The position numbers and the translations under genes are program-made. Positions 1-12,510 of a stretch of DNA of 64,000 bases are shown piece after piece. Under the pieces are notes generated by a model, which was given only the letters and a program-made list of their open reading frames with translations, had not been told where the DNA came from and searched no databases. Source of the DNA: Eledone cirrhosa. Taxonomy: Eukaryota. The DNA is taken from positions 8,246,001-8,310,000 of the forward strand of contig OZ024755.1 of the NCBI GenBank assembly GCA_964016885.1. Direction: 5' to 3'. The stretch's first letter is position 1. Each line of letters begins with the position of its first letter.

Positions 1-349
1 ATGTTTTAAGTTTTCTTTGGTTTTGATTTTAATATTTGTCTTGGCGATTTACTTCGCAAGTTAGCGGGAAATGTAAATTTTCTCATTAATGTTACGATGA
101 ATTTAATAATTACATTATATTGAATTTTAAATGTTGTCTTAACCTAAATCGCGAACATTTAGGACAAGTTTATATGTAAATACTGCTTTTACATTACGTT
201 CTATTATTTTTGATTTTGTAGAACATGAATAATTTGCATTATGTTTTCAAAATGTCTGACAGTAGCCTTTCTCTTATTGTCCTTGATATTGATTTATTTC
301 AACTAATCATATGCATGTTTTTATTAATGTTTATCTTTCGTTATGTGTC

Positions 350-510
350 AAGGTGAGTGGCTTAGGAGTTAGAGTGCTGGACTTGCCACCATCAGGTTGA
401 TAACCTTAATTCACAGACCGAGCCAAGCATTTCATTTTCACTTTATTCCAGTACACTGAGATTGAAAATCGGTTCCAGTGGCAGTTTCAATAAAGACTAC
501 GATGGACTGG
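350..510 (+). mobile_element. Degenerate tRNA-derived SINE, family B
   Basis: GTGAGTGGCTTAGGAGTTAGAGTGCTGGAC...TTTCACTTTATTCCAGTACAC resembles the cleaner copies at 4989 and 11346. Confidence 0.45.
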
Positions 511-535
511 TACACACAACAATATATATATATAT

Positions 536-620
536 AACAAAGAAAGTGTGGTAAGATACCTGGTGGGCCATAACGCACCAGAGTACTCGATATTTAGGGT
601 AGTAGTGTGGGTAACAGGAA
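536..620 (+). mobile_element. Fragment of (TA)n-associated repeat family X (Penelope-like?)
   Basis: GTGGTAAGATACCTGGTGGGCCATAACGCACCAGAGTACTCGATATTTAGGGTAGTAGTGTGGGTAACAGGAA also occurs at 8325-8462 (-), 19782-19970 and 42604-42724; abuts (TA)n. Confidence 0.65.
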
Positions 621-1329
621 ATATATATAGTTCAAATAAACAACAAACAGAGGTACAAAAAGTCTTATTAGTTTCACGCTTTATATGGAAAATAGGAAAA
701 AAGTCATATATCTATATATATATATATAACTGACAAAAGAGACAATCACAGCCCAGATGGTTAACAACTATAAGAGCTGGAGAGTTATAATCACCCACAC
801 CGATTGATCGTATATCTGGGCTACAAATATACGAATTTAGTTATGTTTTCGCTGTTATTTTCTTTCCATTATTCCCTTGCTTTACTTGTTGCTTTTAACA
901 ATAGTGTCTGATGCATCAGATGTCCATACTCCCACTCACAGATCTTCACTTTATTTTAGATTCTATTCCATAGCTACTGAGTTCTTGCTTGGGCTGTAGG
1001 CGAACTATTTGTTTTCTTCAAAGAACTGTTGTCGCTTTTGAAAACCAACGGATCCTTTGTTTAAAGCAGTCTTGTTTTTAGAATTATTTCTTCTTTTATT
1101 ATTTTGTATTTTCTAGAGTATTTATCTGTTTCACTTTTCGTGTGTGTACTTTCCGTGTCGATTGTATACTATGTTTTATTTTCTCATCTATAATGTTCTA
1201 TCTTTTTACACGTTATTTGTTCATGTTTGAAATGTTTTAAGGAAGTATTCAGTTTCTTCTAAGACCAGAGCAGCTGCCAATTATATAAGTTGTATTATCT
1301 TATTGATATTTATATTCAAGTTGGATACA

Positions 1330-1680
1330 GACATGACTGAATGTTTAAGAGGTTCGCTTCGCAACTAACAGCTTACTTATTTGTTCTAACTATGTGGCGT
1401 CTGGGAAAACTGTTTTTACTATAGTCTTATGTGTTAAATCATCGTATAGTGAATGAAACGATGGACTAGTGAGTGAAATTAGGTTAACAGAAATTTAACA
1501 GAAATACGTCAGATAGATTGCACCTGTAATTAAAATATCTAGCCTTGTTACATCTTGAGTAATCTTTATTATATCTGAGAATTATTGCGTTATAGGTACA
1601 CGTACCGATGGAGCACTCGTCCTCTTATGCACAAATTCACGGCAATCGAATATTCATCGCCGTGAAGAAGCTGTTCATAT
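1330..1680 (+). mobile_element. Highly degenerate SINE, family C
   Basis: Head ATGACTGAATGTTTAAGAGGTTCGCTTCGCAAC and TACTATAGTC segment resemble the reverse complements of 12345-12510, 16120-16285 and 33690-33850. Confidence 0.4.
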
Positions 1681-2756
1681 ATTGCTCAAATTACATGTAT
1701 TAAAAATATAATAATATTAATAGAGATAGCGGGACGCGTGGAAAGTTCCACAGAATGAAACTAATTTAGAGGAGCTATTTAAGAAAGAAAGGATGATTTG
1801 CATTTTATTGCATATGAATCCTATTGTCTCGTGTGCAATAAATGATACAAAAATATACAACAACAATCTATACAATATTTAATATACATATCATTCGTTA
1901 GTATTTAATTCTGTCGAAACTGCAAGATCAATATATAATTACATATTCCTTATTATCCAATATTTTATCATAATTACGTTATATACAATTTCTGTTTTTA
2001 TTTACATGATTAGTTTCAATTTCATTGCAACTTGCAACTCATTAACTGGGCTCAGAATTATCTTAATATCTCCTCTCATACGATGTTAAAATTAACAAAT
2101 ATATTTATTACATTTTTAGTAAAATTTGTTTCATGAATATTACAGTACAGAGATAGAGAAAAAGAGAAAGGTTGATAAAAAACAACATGATGTTTATCTC
2201 ACACTCACACACAGACATAGACAGAAACACATGCACACCACATGTTTTTCAGCAAGTGTGTTTATCGACAGCTATGCACTTAAAATACTCGCTATTCTAA
2301 TCAAAACTCAATTATCCACATAGCAACGGCCATTTCCTCCCTCCCTATATCTCCCGAAACGCCTTACGTCTTTCGTCAAAAGCCTTCGTATTACTGGCTT
2401 CATAGGAACTGCCAATATTACTACTCATCACTACCATTGCCAGAATCCTACGCATTATATTGAACCACTGAGATCAGAGACTGATCTGAGGCCAATTAAC
2501 TCTTCATTTAGCAACAGATTCCCAGAGAAACCTTACAACAAAAATACGACGTTTATTGTCCCTAATGACATGGGCCCTTTTGGTCAATAACAGAAATCAA
2601 CATCATGTTTATCATCAACTGTAACACAGAAAACTTGCCAATGATGGAAACCATAAAACATCTATTTACAACCAGTAGACTGAGGTGGTACATTTCATTC
2701 AGGAATCGAGCAATATACGGAGTATCCAACAGTCGCAAGGACTGATTCAAACACAG

Positions 2757-3799
2757 AATAATTGTTTCTATTTAGGCCTAAAGCCAAAAATATTTTGGGA
2801 AGGCAAAGTCAATTAAATCGACTTGAGTGCATTACTGGTACTTTATTTTATTGACCCTGTAAGGATGAAAGGCAAATATAACACTGGCGGGACTTGAACT
2901 CAGAAGGTAAAGGGATAAAGGAATGTAATTTATGCCACGAAGCGTGGTGTCCGACGTTCTACCGATGCGGCCAATCCAGCGCTCTTCCAGCAAATAATAA
3001 TGACTTCTGAATCAGGCACAAGGTGCAACAATTTCGTTGGAGGAATTCTCGATTAAAACGACTCCAGTGCATTACTAGTACTTTATTTTATCGACCTCGT
3101 AAGGATGACAGGCTACTCTAACCTTGGCTGGATTTGAACTCAGAACGTAAAGGGATGTAACTTTATGCCACGAACCATGATGTCCAACGTTCTACCGGAA
3201 CTGGAAATACACCGCCATTCAAACGCACAATAATTGTTTCTACTAGGCCAGCAATTATCTCCGTGTATTACTGGTACATTATTTTATCGACCCCGTAAAG
3301 ATGAAAGGCGAAGTTAACCTCGGCGGGATTTGCAAAGCATGGCGTCCAACCCTCTACCGATACTGCCAATCCACCACCCGATTCGAACACACAATAAGGA
3401 TTTCTAGTATAGGCACAAGGCCAGTAATTCGATTAAATCGATCCCATTGTTTTACTGGTATTTTATTTTATCGACACCGTAAGGATAAAAGGCAAAGTTA
3501 ACCTCGGCGGGATTTGAACTCAGACCATAAAGGGTCGTAACTCTTTGCTGCAAAGCACGGCATCCGACACTCTACAATACTGCCAATCCACCGCCGTATT
3601 CGAACACACAATAATTGTTTCTACGTTAGGCACAAGGCCAGCAATCATCCAGTGTATTACTGGTACTTTATTTTATCGACCCCGTAAGGATGAAAGGCAA
3701 AGTTAACCTCGGCGGGATTTGAACTCAGAATGGCAAGGGCCGTAACTCTATGCATCAAAGCATGGCGTCCGACCCTCTACCAATACTGCCAATCCACCG
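2757..3799 (-). mobile_element. Head-to-tail cluster of five tRNA-derived SINE family A copies
   Basis: Copies at ~2757-2985, 2995-3215, 3229-3380 (internal deletion), 3392-3596 and 3610-3799; each has a version of ACTGGTACTTTATTTTATCGACCCCGTAAGGATGAAAGGC, and all but the deleted copy have the reverse-complement B box GATTTGAACTC or a near match. Confidence 0.9.
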
Positions 3800-4036
3800 T
3801 TTTAACCATTTTCAAAATCATTATTATTGCGATACTCATCGTAAATATCAATGTTCGATAATATCTGGTAATGATAATCGTAAATATATTTTGGAATTAT
3901 GTAGCTGATGCCTATCAGTAATGATATAATTATTAATGGTACTTTCTCCTTTCAATAATCAATACAGTCTAGGTCAAATATATAGTGTCGTTCTTTGCAT
4001 AGAAAGCGATTACAGCTTATCGACTGATATATACTC

Positions 4037-4717
<681 letters not shown>

Positions 4718-4904
4718 ACTTGTGTCCAAAATAATACATATATTGTTGTAATTTAATAGTTTTGACTGCAGTAAATGCCTGTGTCATGACCTTCACAAAA
4801 AAGAGAGAGATTGTTTTAGTCGATGTGGTATTATTGAATAACAGGATGGGAATTTACAGTAAAGAGAGATTAGTTATAAGGTATCATAACAAGGAAGACA
4901 GACA

Positions 4905-4906
<2 letters not shown>

Positions 4907-4988
<82 letters not shown>
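4907..4988. repeat. (CA)n(TA)n microsatellite
   Basis: Directly visible. Confidence 0.97.
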
Positions 4989-4992
<4 letters not shown>

Positions 4993-5197
4993 TGAGTGGT
5001 TAGAGAATTGGATTCGCAATCGTAAGATTGTGAGTTCGATTCCTGGACCAGGCGATGCGTTATGTCCTTGAGCAAGACACTTTATTTCACGTTGGTCCTT
5101 CTACCTGGAGTTGCGACCGATAGATAGTATTAGCAATTGGAAAGACCAACGGAAACATTGTTCCCTCGGTCCGATTTGACGAAAGTCGATCGTTCCT
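4989..5197 (+). mobile_element. tRNA-derived SINE, family B (CORE-like body)
   Basis: Pol III A box TGGCTGAGTGG, B box GTTCGATTCC, then TGTCCTTGAGCAAGACACTT resembling the CORE-SINE domain; near-identical copy at 11346. Confidence 0.88.
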
Positions 5198-5198
5198 T

Positions 5199-5372
5199 AT
5201 ATATAAATATATATATATATATATAAATATATATAAATATATATATATATATATAAATATATATATAAATATATATATAAATATATATATAAATATATAT
5301 ATATATAAATATATATATAAATATATATATAAATATATATATAAATATATATATAAATATATATATATATAA

Positions 5373-5405
<33 letters not shown>

Positions 5406-5800
5406 AATTTATATATAAATATATATATATATAAATTTATAAATATATATATATAAATATATAAATATAAATATATAAATATATATATATAAATATATAA
5501 ATATATATATATAAATATATAAATATATATATAAATGTATATAAATATATATATATATATAAATATATATAAATATATTTATAAATATATATATATAAAT
5601 ATATATATATAAATATATAAATATATATATAAATGTATATAAATATATATATATATATATATAAATATATATAAATATATTTATAAATATATTTATATAT
5701 TTATATATATATATTTATAAATTTATATATATATATATTTATATATAAATTTATATATATATAATACACAAAAATATATATATATATATATATATATATT
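5199..5800. repeat. (TA)n tract with ATAAAT/ATTTAT interruptions
   Basis: Directly visible; nearly pure A/T. Confidence 0.95.
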
Positions 5801-6334
5801 ACACAAATATGACCCTCCCCAAGTATAACAATATATATATATATTCACCCATATATAATACATACACTACACATACAATATATACACTCACTTATTTATG
5901 CATATGCATATATATATGTATGTATCTATGGTTTAAAGAGCCACAGTCGTGCCTCACATTTTTGAGCATTTCATCAGGCGATGGCAATACTCGAACGCGA
6001 CATTGTAGCCATCATATATAAATGTATATTTATGTGTACATTTCTGTGTATACATGCATATATCTAATCTCTCTTTCTATATATACAAATATACATTCAT
6101 AATTACATACATAAATACATACATACAATATAGTCGCAATAATAATCTAGTGGAGATCGAACTCATGAGATGATAGAAAGTTATAGGAACACGGAGGGAA
6201 ACAAACAAGGAAAAAAATACACCTTCAGCTATTTTTGAGCATCACCACAATTTCGGCTTCTATTTATATGGTTCAGAGTCTCTTTCGTCACCCTGCCACT
6301 TTTATCGGCTATCTCTATTATTCTGCAAAATAAT

Positions 6335-6523
6335 TGTTTCTACTTTTTTGGCACAAGGCCAGCAAATACCCAGTTCATTACTGGTACTTTATTTTATCGA
6401 CCCCGTAAGGATGAAAGGCAAAGTTAACCTCGGCGGGATTTGAACTCAGATCATAAAGGGCCGTAACTCTATGCGGCAAAGCATGGCGTCCGACTTTCTA
6501 CTGATACTGCCAATCCACCGCCT
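6335..6523 (-). mobile_element. SINE family A, full length, with 19-bp TSD
   Basis: TATTATTCTGCAAAATAAT at 6316-6334 and 6524-6542 flanks the copy; A box TGGCAGTATCAG and B box GAGTTCAAATCC on the minus strand. Confidence 0.93.
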
Positions 6524-6565
6524 TATTATTCTGCAAAATAATGAAACCACGAACATCTCTTTGCT

Positions 6566-6750
6566 AACAGCTCTGGTGTCAATGTTAATAGGTTGGTTTT
6601 ATTAATTAGTTTTGTTACTTGTTTGAGAGATATAAAACAGGTATCTGTGACAGGAGAAACATATTATTTTTGTTTATGGAATTTGTTGATGATAGATGTA
6701 GCAGTGGTGTTATCTGTTAAGAATGTTTTTTTAATTATATATCTCTAAAA
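6566..6750 (+). repeat. Diverged direct repeat, copy 1 (copy 2 at ~7704-7890)
   Basis: Collinear blocks AACAGCT.TGG.GTCAAT, ATTAATTAG, TGAGA.ATATAAAACAG, TGACAGGAGAAA and TGTTAAGAAT shared. Confidence 0.75.
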
Positions 6751-7703
6751 ATGGCTTTAACTAAAACGCTTTCATTTCAGCATGTGAACACATTCTACTA
6801 TATATCTTTCTGTACTAAGACATCGCACCATTCGCCAACGTCATCACCCCCTCTTGCTTCAATCCTCAGAATGATTAATGGTTATACAAAAATAAGGAGG
6901 ATGGGCTCTAGGTCTAGGGCACGGTGGTGTTGATTACTATACCCGCGTTCCCATCCTGGTAGAAACGACTTGATAAAAAGCAAAGAAAAAAAAATGTAAT
7001 AGAAAGTTGACATTACAAAACTTGACCTCAAAATTGGAGAAACTGCTGCAAGATATTTATGTCAGACGCTCTAACCAGCTTGCAGCTACGATGCATTTGA
7101 ATTATAAATATATCAGTGAAATAAATATATGTTAACTATAATAAAGAAAGGAGTACGGGACTGCATCCAGAATATATGTTTTTTCTCCCATTTGTAAAAT
7201 AAGTTGGATTACTTTGAATAAATAATGAATGAATATTACATAATTTATCTAGTAATTTTCGTAATTCATGATAAATAATGTTATTGCTTATTTTAAGATT
7301 CACTTCTTTAAAATTTTCAAATGTCAACACTTCCGGTTAGCGATCGCTTATATAAACATTCATATATTTCCGTCATTAAATTTTTTCCTAATGCAGTTTA
7401 TATATAATATCATCTTTATTTGATGTATCATAGATTACATAAGAGAGTGTAACGTAGACTTCGTTCAATTTCTGTGTATATTGTCAATTACGATTTCATT
7501 TGATGTATCATATCTATATGTATATATACTTGCGTATAATATCAATATGCACACTACATATACTAGCAGAAAAACTTAATAAAGGAATGTATTTTTTAAC
7601 ACAATGTCTTTATGAATTTCTAGCATTCAACCGTCGATATGTTTTTCACAGTGGTATTACTATAGATTTATTTTTGCTACTTTTGCTTAGAAATAAATAA
7701 TAC

Positions 7704-7890
7704 CAACAGCTGTGGAGTCAATTTTAATATGTTTCTTTGATTAATTAGCTTTATTACCTGTCTGAGAAATATAAAACAGAAATGTCTGACAGGAGAAAAA
7801 ACGTGATGTTAGTGTTTATAGTATTGTTCATGATATGACTTGTGGAGCTCGGGTTGTGTGTTAAGAATATGTTTATTATAAATTTCCTAG
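7704..7890 (+). repeat. Diverged direct repeat, copy 2 (copy 1 at ~6566-6750)
   Basis: Same collinear blocks as 6566-6750. Confidence 0.75.
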
Positions 7891-7989
7891 ACGAGTTGTA
7901 ATTACACCATTTTTATGTGGAAATGCAAAGAACACATTATCGCATTCTTCCCGAATATATACGTATGCATATCTATCTATCTATAAAAG

Positions 7990-8040
<51 letters not shown>

Positions 8041-8219
8041 AAAGAATAGAGGTGTAACACACAAGTTATTATATATTGGTAAACGGAATAGAAAATGCTG
8101 ACAAATTGTTCACAGTTGAAAAATGGTTTAATTAGGAATAAAAGAGTATTAGTGATTGTATGGGTTAGTATTCAGTTGTGGTTTTAAGTTTTTAAGTTTT
8201 TACCGGTTGCGCATTTCTA

Positions 8220-8323
8220 AATGCTTTTCAAAAATAATTTTGAGATAGAGTGTCCGTGCTGTTTGCTCTGATCCGAGCAAACAGCACGGACACTCTATCT
8301 CAAAATTATTTTTGAAAAGCATT
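8220..8323. repeat. Perfect inverted repeat, 49-bp arms, 6-nt loop
   Basis: 8220-8268 is the exact reverse complement of 8275-8323; loop TGATCC. Confidence 0.97.
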
Positions 8324-8324
8324 A

Positions 8325-8460
8325 GTCCAGAATTAGCCGTCGAAACGGCTTGAACTCAGCTGTCGGGGTCTTACTGGTTCCTATTACCCACTCTACTACC
8401 TCAAGTATTGAGTACTTTGGTGCGTTATGGTCCACCTGGTTCCTTACCACATTTCCTTCG

Positions 8461-8462
<2 letters not shown>
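8325..8462 (-). mobile_element. Repeat family X fragment (Penelope-like?)
   Basis: Reverse complement matches 536-620 and 19782-19905; ends in (TA)n. Confidence 0.7.
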
Positions 8463-8531
<69 letters not shown>

Positions 8532-9013
8532 AAGAGAGAGAGAGCAACTGCGAAAGGGATAAAGAGATATAGAGGAAAAATCGACCCCCATATTGAAATT
8601 ATACCTTGTTTATCGATCACTATATTATAAAAGTCAACGGTGATGATATATACACGCTCGGTATGTAGCTGGGTATGTATGGAAAACGTGAGTGAGAGTG
8701 GAGATAAATTTTTATATAGAAATTTTTATATAGAAATATGTGCATCTTTATAGATATAAGGAAACCACGAGAGAATAAGAGAGGGAGAGAGAGAATGTGT
8801 GCGTGTATTAGTCAGAGAGTGTGTGTGTGATTGAGAGAGTGTGTGTGTGAGAGAGAGAGAGGTGGATGGTGAGAGAGATAGATAGTGTGATAAAACTCAT
8901 ACACACACACTCCGTATATCGTCTAGAGAGATAAAGAAGGGAAAGATAAAGAGACTATATAGGGAGGTAAAATTGAAATATAGCAAGAAAGCTATGTATG
9001 TAGGCCTACCACC

Positions 9014-9044
<31 letters not shown>

Positions 9045-9271
9045 CTGTGTGAATGTGTGTGAGAGAGAGAGAGGGAGAGAAATATAGTTAGCTTCAGTCA
9101 GTCTCTTTTGGCATTCCACCAATTATATGTACAACCATGTTGTACATATCTATGTAGAGAGATATAAAGAATATGGGGGAGAGGGAGGGGAAAGAGAAAG
9201 AAAATAAAGATGGAGTGAGGAAATGTGATAGATTTATATACACACAGTCCAAAAACAGACACACACCACGA

Positions 9272-9304
<33 letters not shown>

Positions 9305-11345
9305 CATACACACATACATAAATATACATACATACACACATACATACATATACATACATACACACATACATATACGTACAAAGTGAGAGTGAGAGGGATA
9401 GACGGAAGGAGAGTGAGAGAGATAGACGGAAGGAGAAGGACAGGGAGAGAGAGAGAGTTTGCTTCATTTATTGTTAGCTGTTTTTACTTTCTGAATCATA
9501 TGATTTAAATGTTGCAAACTGTAATATTGGTTAAATTTTACAAGTAGATTTTTTTCAGGAGTAAATTATGGCAGTAGAAATTCATCGCAGTCGTATTTAT
9601 AAAGTGAACTTTTAGTTGCGTTTGTGGAATTTGAATGAATATCCACTTGAAAGCTTGCGGTTATTGTATATGTCTGCTAAAATATAACTCTAGCAAGATG
9701 GTGAAATAAAAATATTCCATTTAACAAAGTATCTATGTACTGATATTGCTATTTGATTTTGTATGTTTAATATTTTTGTTTTGTTCAATTTTTTATCTTG
9801 CGGGAAATGATAATTTTAGCTTACGATTGAAAAGTCCAGATAATATATAATTTTGCAGATCAAGATGAAAAACCATATCTTAAAACATATTGTAGAATGA
9901 GCAATATTTCTGATTACTTAAAAAATTTTTAAATTTTATATCATTGAAACATGTACTTGATTATTTAAAACTAAAAAAAAAAGAAAACAAGAAACATTTT
10001 AGGCAATTTTTGAAACTAGGTACAGACTACGTTACAGGGCACCAAGGCATCATTGTTTTATTGTAAATCCGAAATGAGTATAATTACCATTATGCAGTGA
10101 CAAAAATTAAATTAAAATAGAAAAAGAATGCTGCATCCATACAGTTATACAACTCTGCCCATCGGTATTCGATATAAAGTATATACAGTTTCTTTGCAGA
10201 TATCTTTAAAACCAGTACAGTTTTCCATATTCATATTACAAGTTTAATGTAATAGTAATAATAATCTTATATATATATATAGTAGTATCACAACAGTTAG
10301 TTCACCATACCGAGAAAAAATGTCTCACCTCGCGGATCTGCAGCTCGGTCTGAGTGTGGTTGGACGAAAAAGGAAAAACAACCGTATCAAACGTTAACCT
10401 AATATATCCCTTCCATATACTGTACCGATTGTGTTGTTATTTCTGTTTACCTTTTACATACATGCATATATATATATATAAATATATATGTATATGTCTT
10501 TCTCTCTATATATATTTAGTATGGTATATATAGAATATCAAAATGTGCACGAGCACCATTCGGTAATGCAAATGGCAACGAGTCTGAAGGTCAATGAGAT
10601 ATATGATTTCTTTGTTGACTTTTGCGCTGGACACAATAACTATGCAAATAATTACAGACTTCTATACATTACGCTGAGTTAATATAATAATTGTTTATTA
10701 TAAGCGAAAACCGTCGGCAAAAACCTGAAGGAAACAGTCTTCATTAATAACGATATGATTAAACATATGTAATGATAAACATAACTGACTTAAGATAGTG
10801 TGGTAGCCGACAGCATGCTTGGAAGAATGGGTGTATCTATTTTCCACATAGTGTAAATGAGAGAGAAGTTTATATAGTGAAGTTTGTAGCATTTGGACGT
10901 TGCTAGTCTTAATACTATTACTGCTGCTAAAGAAATGTAGTATTTAATAAGAAGACGGCACACTGTCACTCTTCGGTCTATTCTAATGTATTCATTTTAT
11001 TTATTACATGCACTGTACAATCCTTCTCTTGTAATTGTGCATTGAATTAGTTGAATTTTAATTTCATATAATTTCTTCAGCTTTGTTATATAATTGGTCT
11101 TGGTTTAAGTGGTTTATAAATTATTTCAATTATAAATTAACTCTGAGTAATTAACCCAGTTCATAAATATCTGTGTTTAGTTAACTCACTTAATAATAAT
11201 TTTTGTCTTGTTACCTAGATTAATAATTGCTTCTCTGTGCCATTTAATGAACCTCCTTCGGTTTCGACGATGAGTGATTAGAAGGTTTCCTTTTCTATCA
11301 TTTGATAACTTAGTGTATATATATTCTTCCTTTTACCTTGTTGTG

Positions 11346-11560
11346 AAGGCGTGTGGCTGAGTAGTTAGAGAATTGGATTCACAATCTTGAGGTTGTGAGT
11401 TCGATTCCTGGACCAGGCGATGCGTTATGTCCTTGAGCAAGACACTTTATTTCACGTTGCTCCGTCTACCTGGAGTTGCGACCGATAGATAGTACTAGCA
11501 ACTGGAAAGACCAACGGAAACATTGTTTCGTCGGTTCGATTTGACGAAAGTCGATCGATA
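11346..11560 (+). mobile_element. tRNA-derived SINE, family B, with ~13-bp TSD
   Basis: TGGCTGAGTAG A box, GTTCGATTCC B box, TGTCCTTGAGCAAGACACTT; flanked by TTACCTTGTTGTG (11333) and TTACCTTGCTGTG (11562). Confidence 0.9.
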
Positions 11561-12344
11561 CTTACCTTGCTGTGTTGTGCATCATAATTCTGAGTTGAAT
11601 ATTGTAATTATTAACTAATTTAATTAATAACAATGAGTTAATATTATATATTTTGTGCTTTTAATTCTTAACGCATAAAAGATCCGTTTGCTTCTAGTGT
11701 ATTTACATAAGATTATACAACAAAGCTAAAGCAATGTTGATAATCCAGCAGGCTGGTGCCGTATATGCTTCTCTTAAACCAATCCATATCATGCATTCTA
11801 GTTAGTTGCAGCGTAAAATTCCACATATGTGTTTAAAATTAGCTTAGGAAACCAACAGAATGCAATTCAGAAATAAAGAAGTGAAATCAGGAGAAAATTA
11901 AGACAAAATAAAACAATAGTTTCTTGTATATTGATAAGGTAATTTAACCAGAGAATAAGTGTGTGTATAGATTCGGGAAACATTACGGCTGTGAGTTAGG
12001 AAATTCTGAACTATTTATGCTTAGTCTGATGTTTCAGTCATCTTATCTTTTATCTCTTATAATGTTTTCCTGTAATCTATAGAATGGCGCCATATGTTTC
12101 GCAAATATGTTTGAATTTCTTTGCTTTTTGAGATTCTTTACATTGCACCGATGGTTTAATTCTTTATATGGTATGTCACGCTGATTTGACTTAAGAGTTA
12201 AAGGTACATATTTGTATGGAAAAGTCCACAACACGAGTTGTAGGTCCATTTCATAAATCGACTGAATGGAAGACCCATTATCATCGTATATTGGTTTAGA
12301 AAACTCTACAATAGGATGCATTGTTCTGGTAAGACTTGTTTTCA

Positions 12345-12510
12345 CACACACACGACAGGCTTCCGCTCAATATCCGTCTACCAAACATCATTTACAAGAC
12401 ATTGATCACTACGAGACTACAGTTAAAAACATTTGTCCAGAGTGCCACACAATAGGACTATCCCCCAAAACCATATGGTTGCAAAATTAACTTAATCATA
12501 CAGCAATTCT
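12345..12510 (-). mobile_element. Degenerate SINE, family C
   Basis: CACACACGACAGGCTTCC...TCCGTCTACCAAA...GTGCCACACAATAGGACT...AAACCATATGGTTGCAAA; similar to 16120-16285 and 33690-33850. Confidence 0.65.

Noticed and set aside
2630-2745. LINE-like peptide ENLPMMETIKHLFTTSRLRWY
   Set aside because: Only the RLRW motif matches; too short to support a call.
4989-5060. Functional tRNA gene, also considered for the family A heads
   Set aside because: A and B boxes are present but continue into a SINE body; there is no complete cloverleaf and the copies are dispersed with TSDs.
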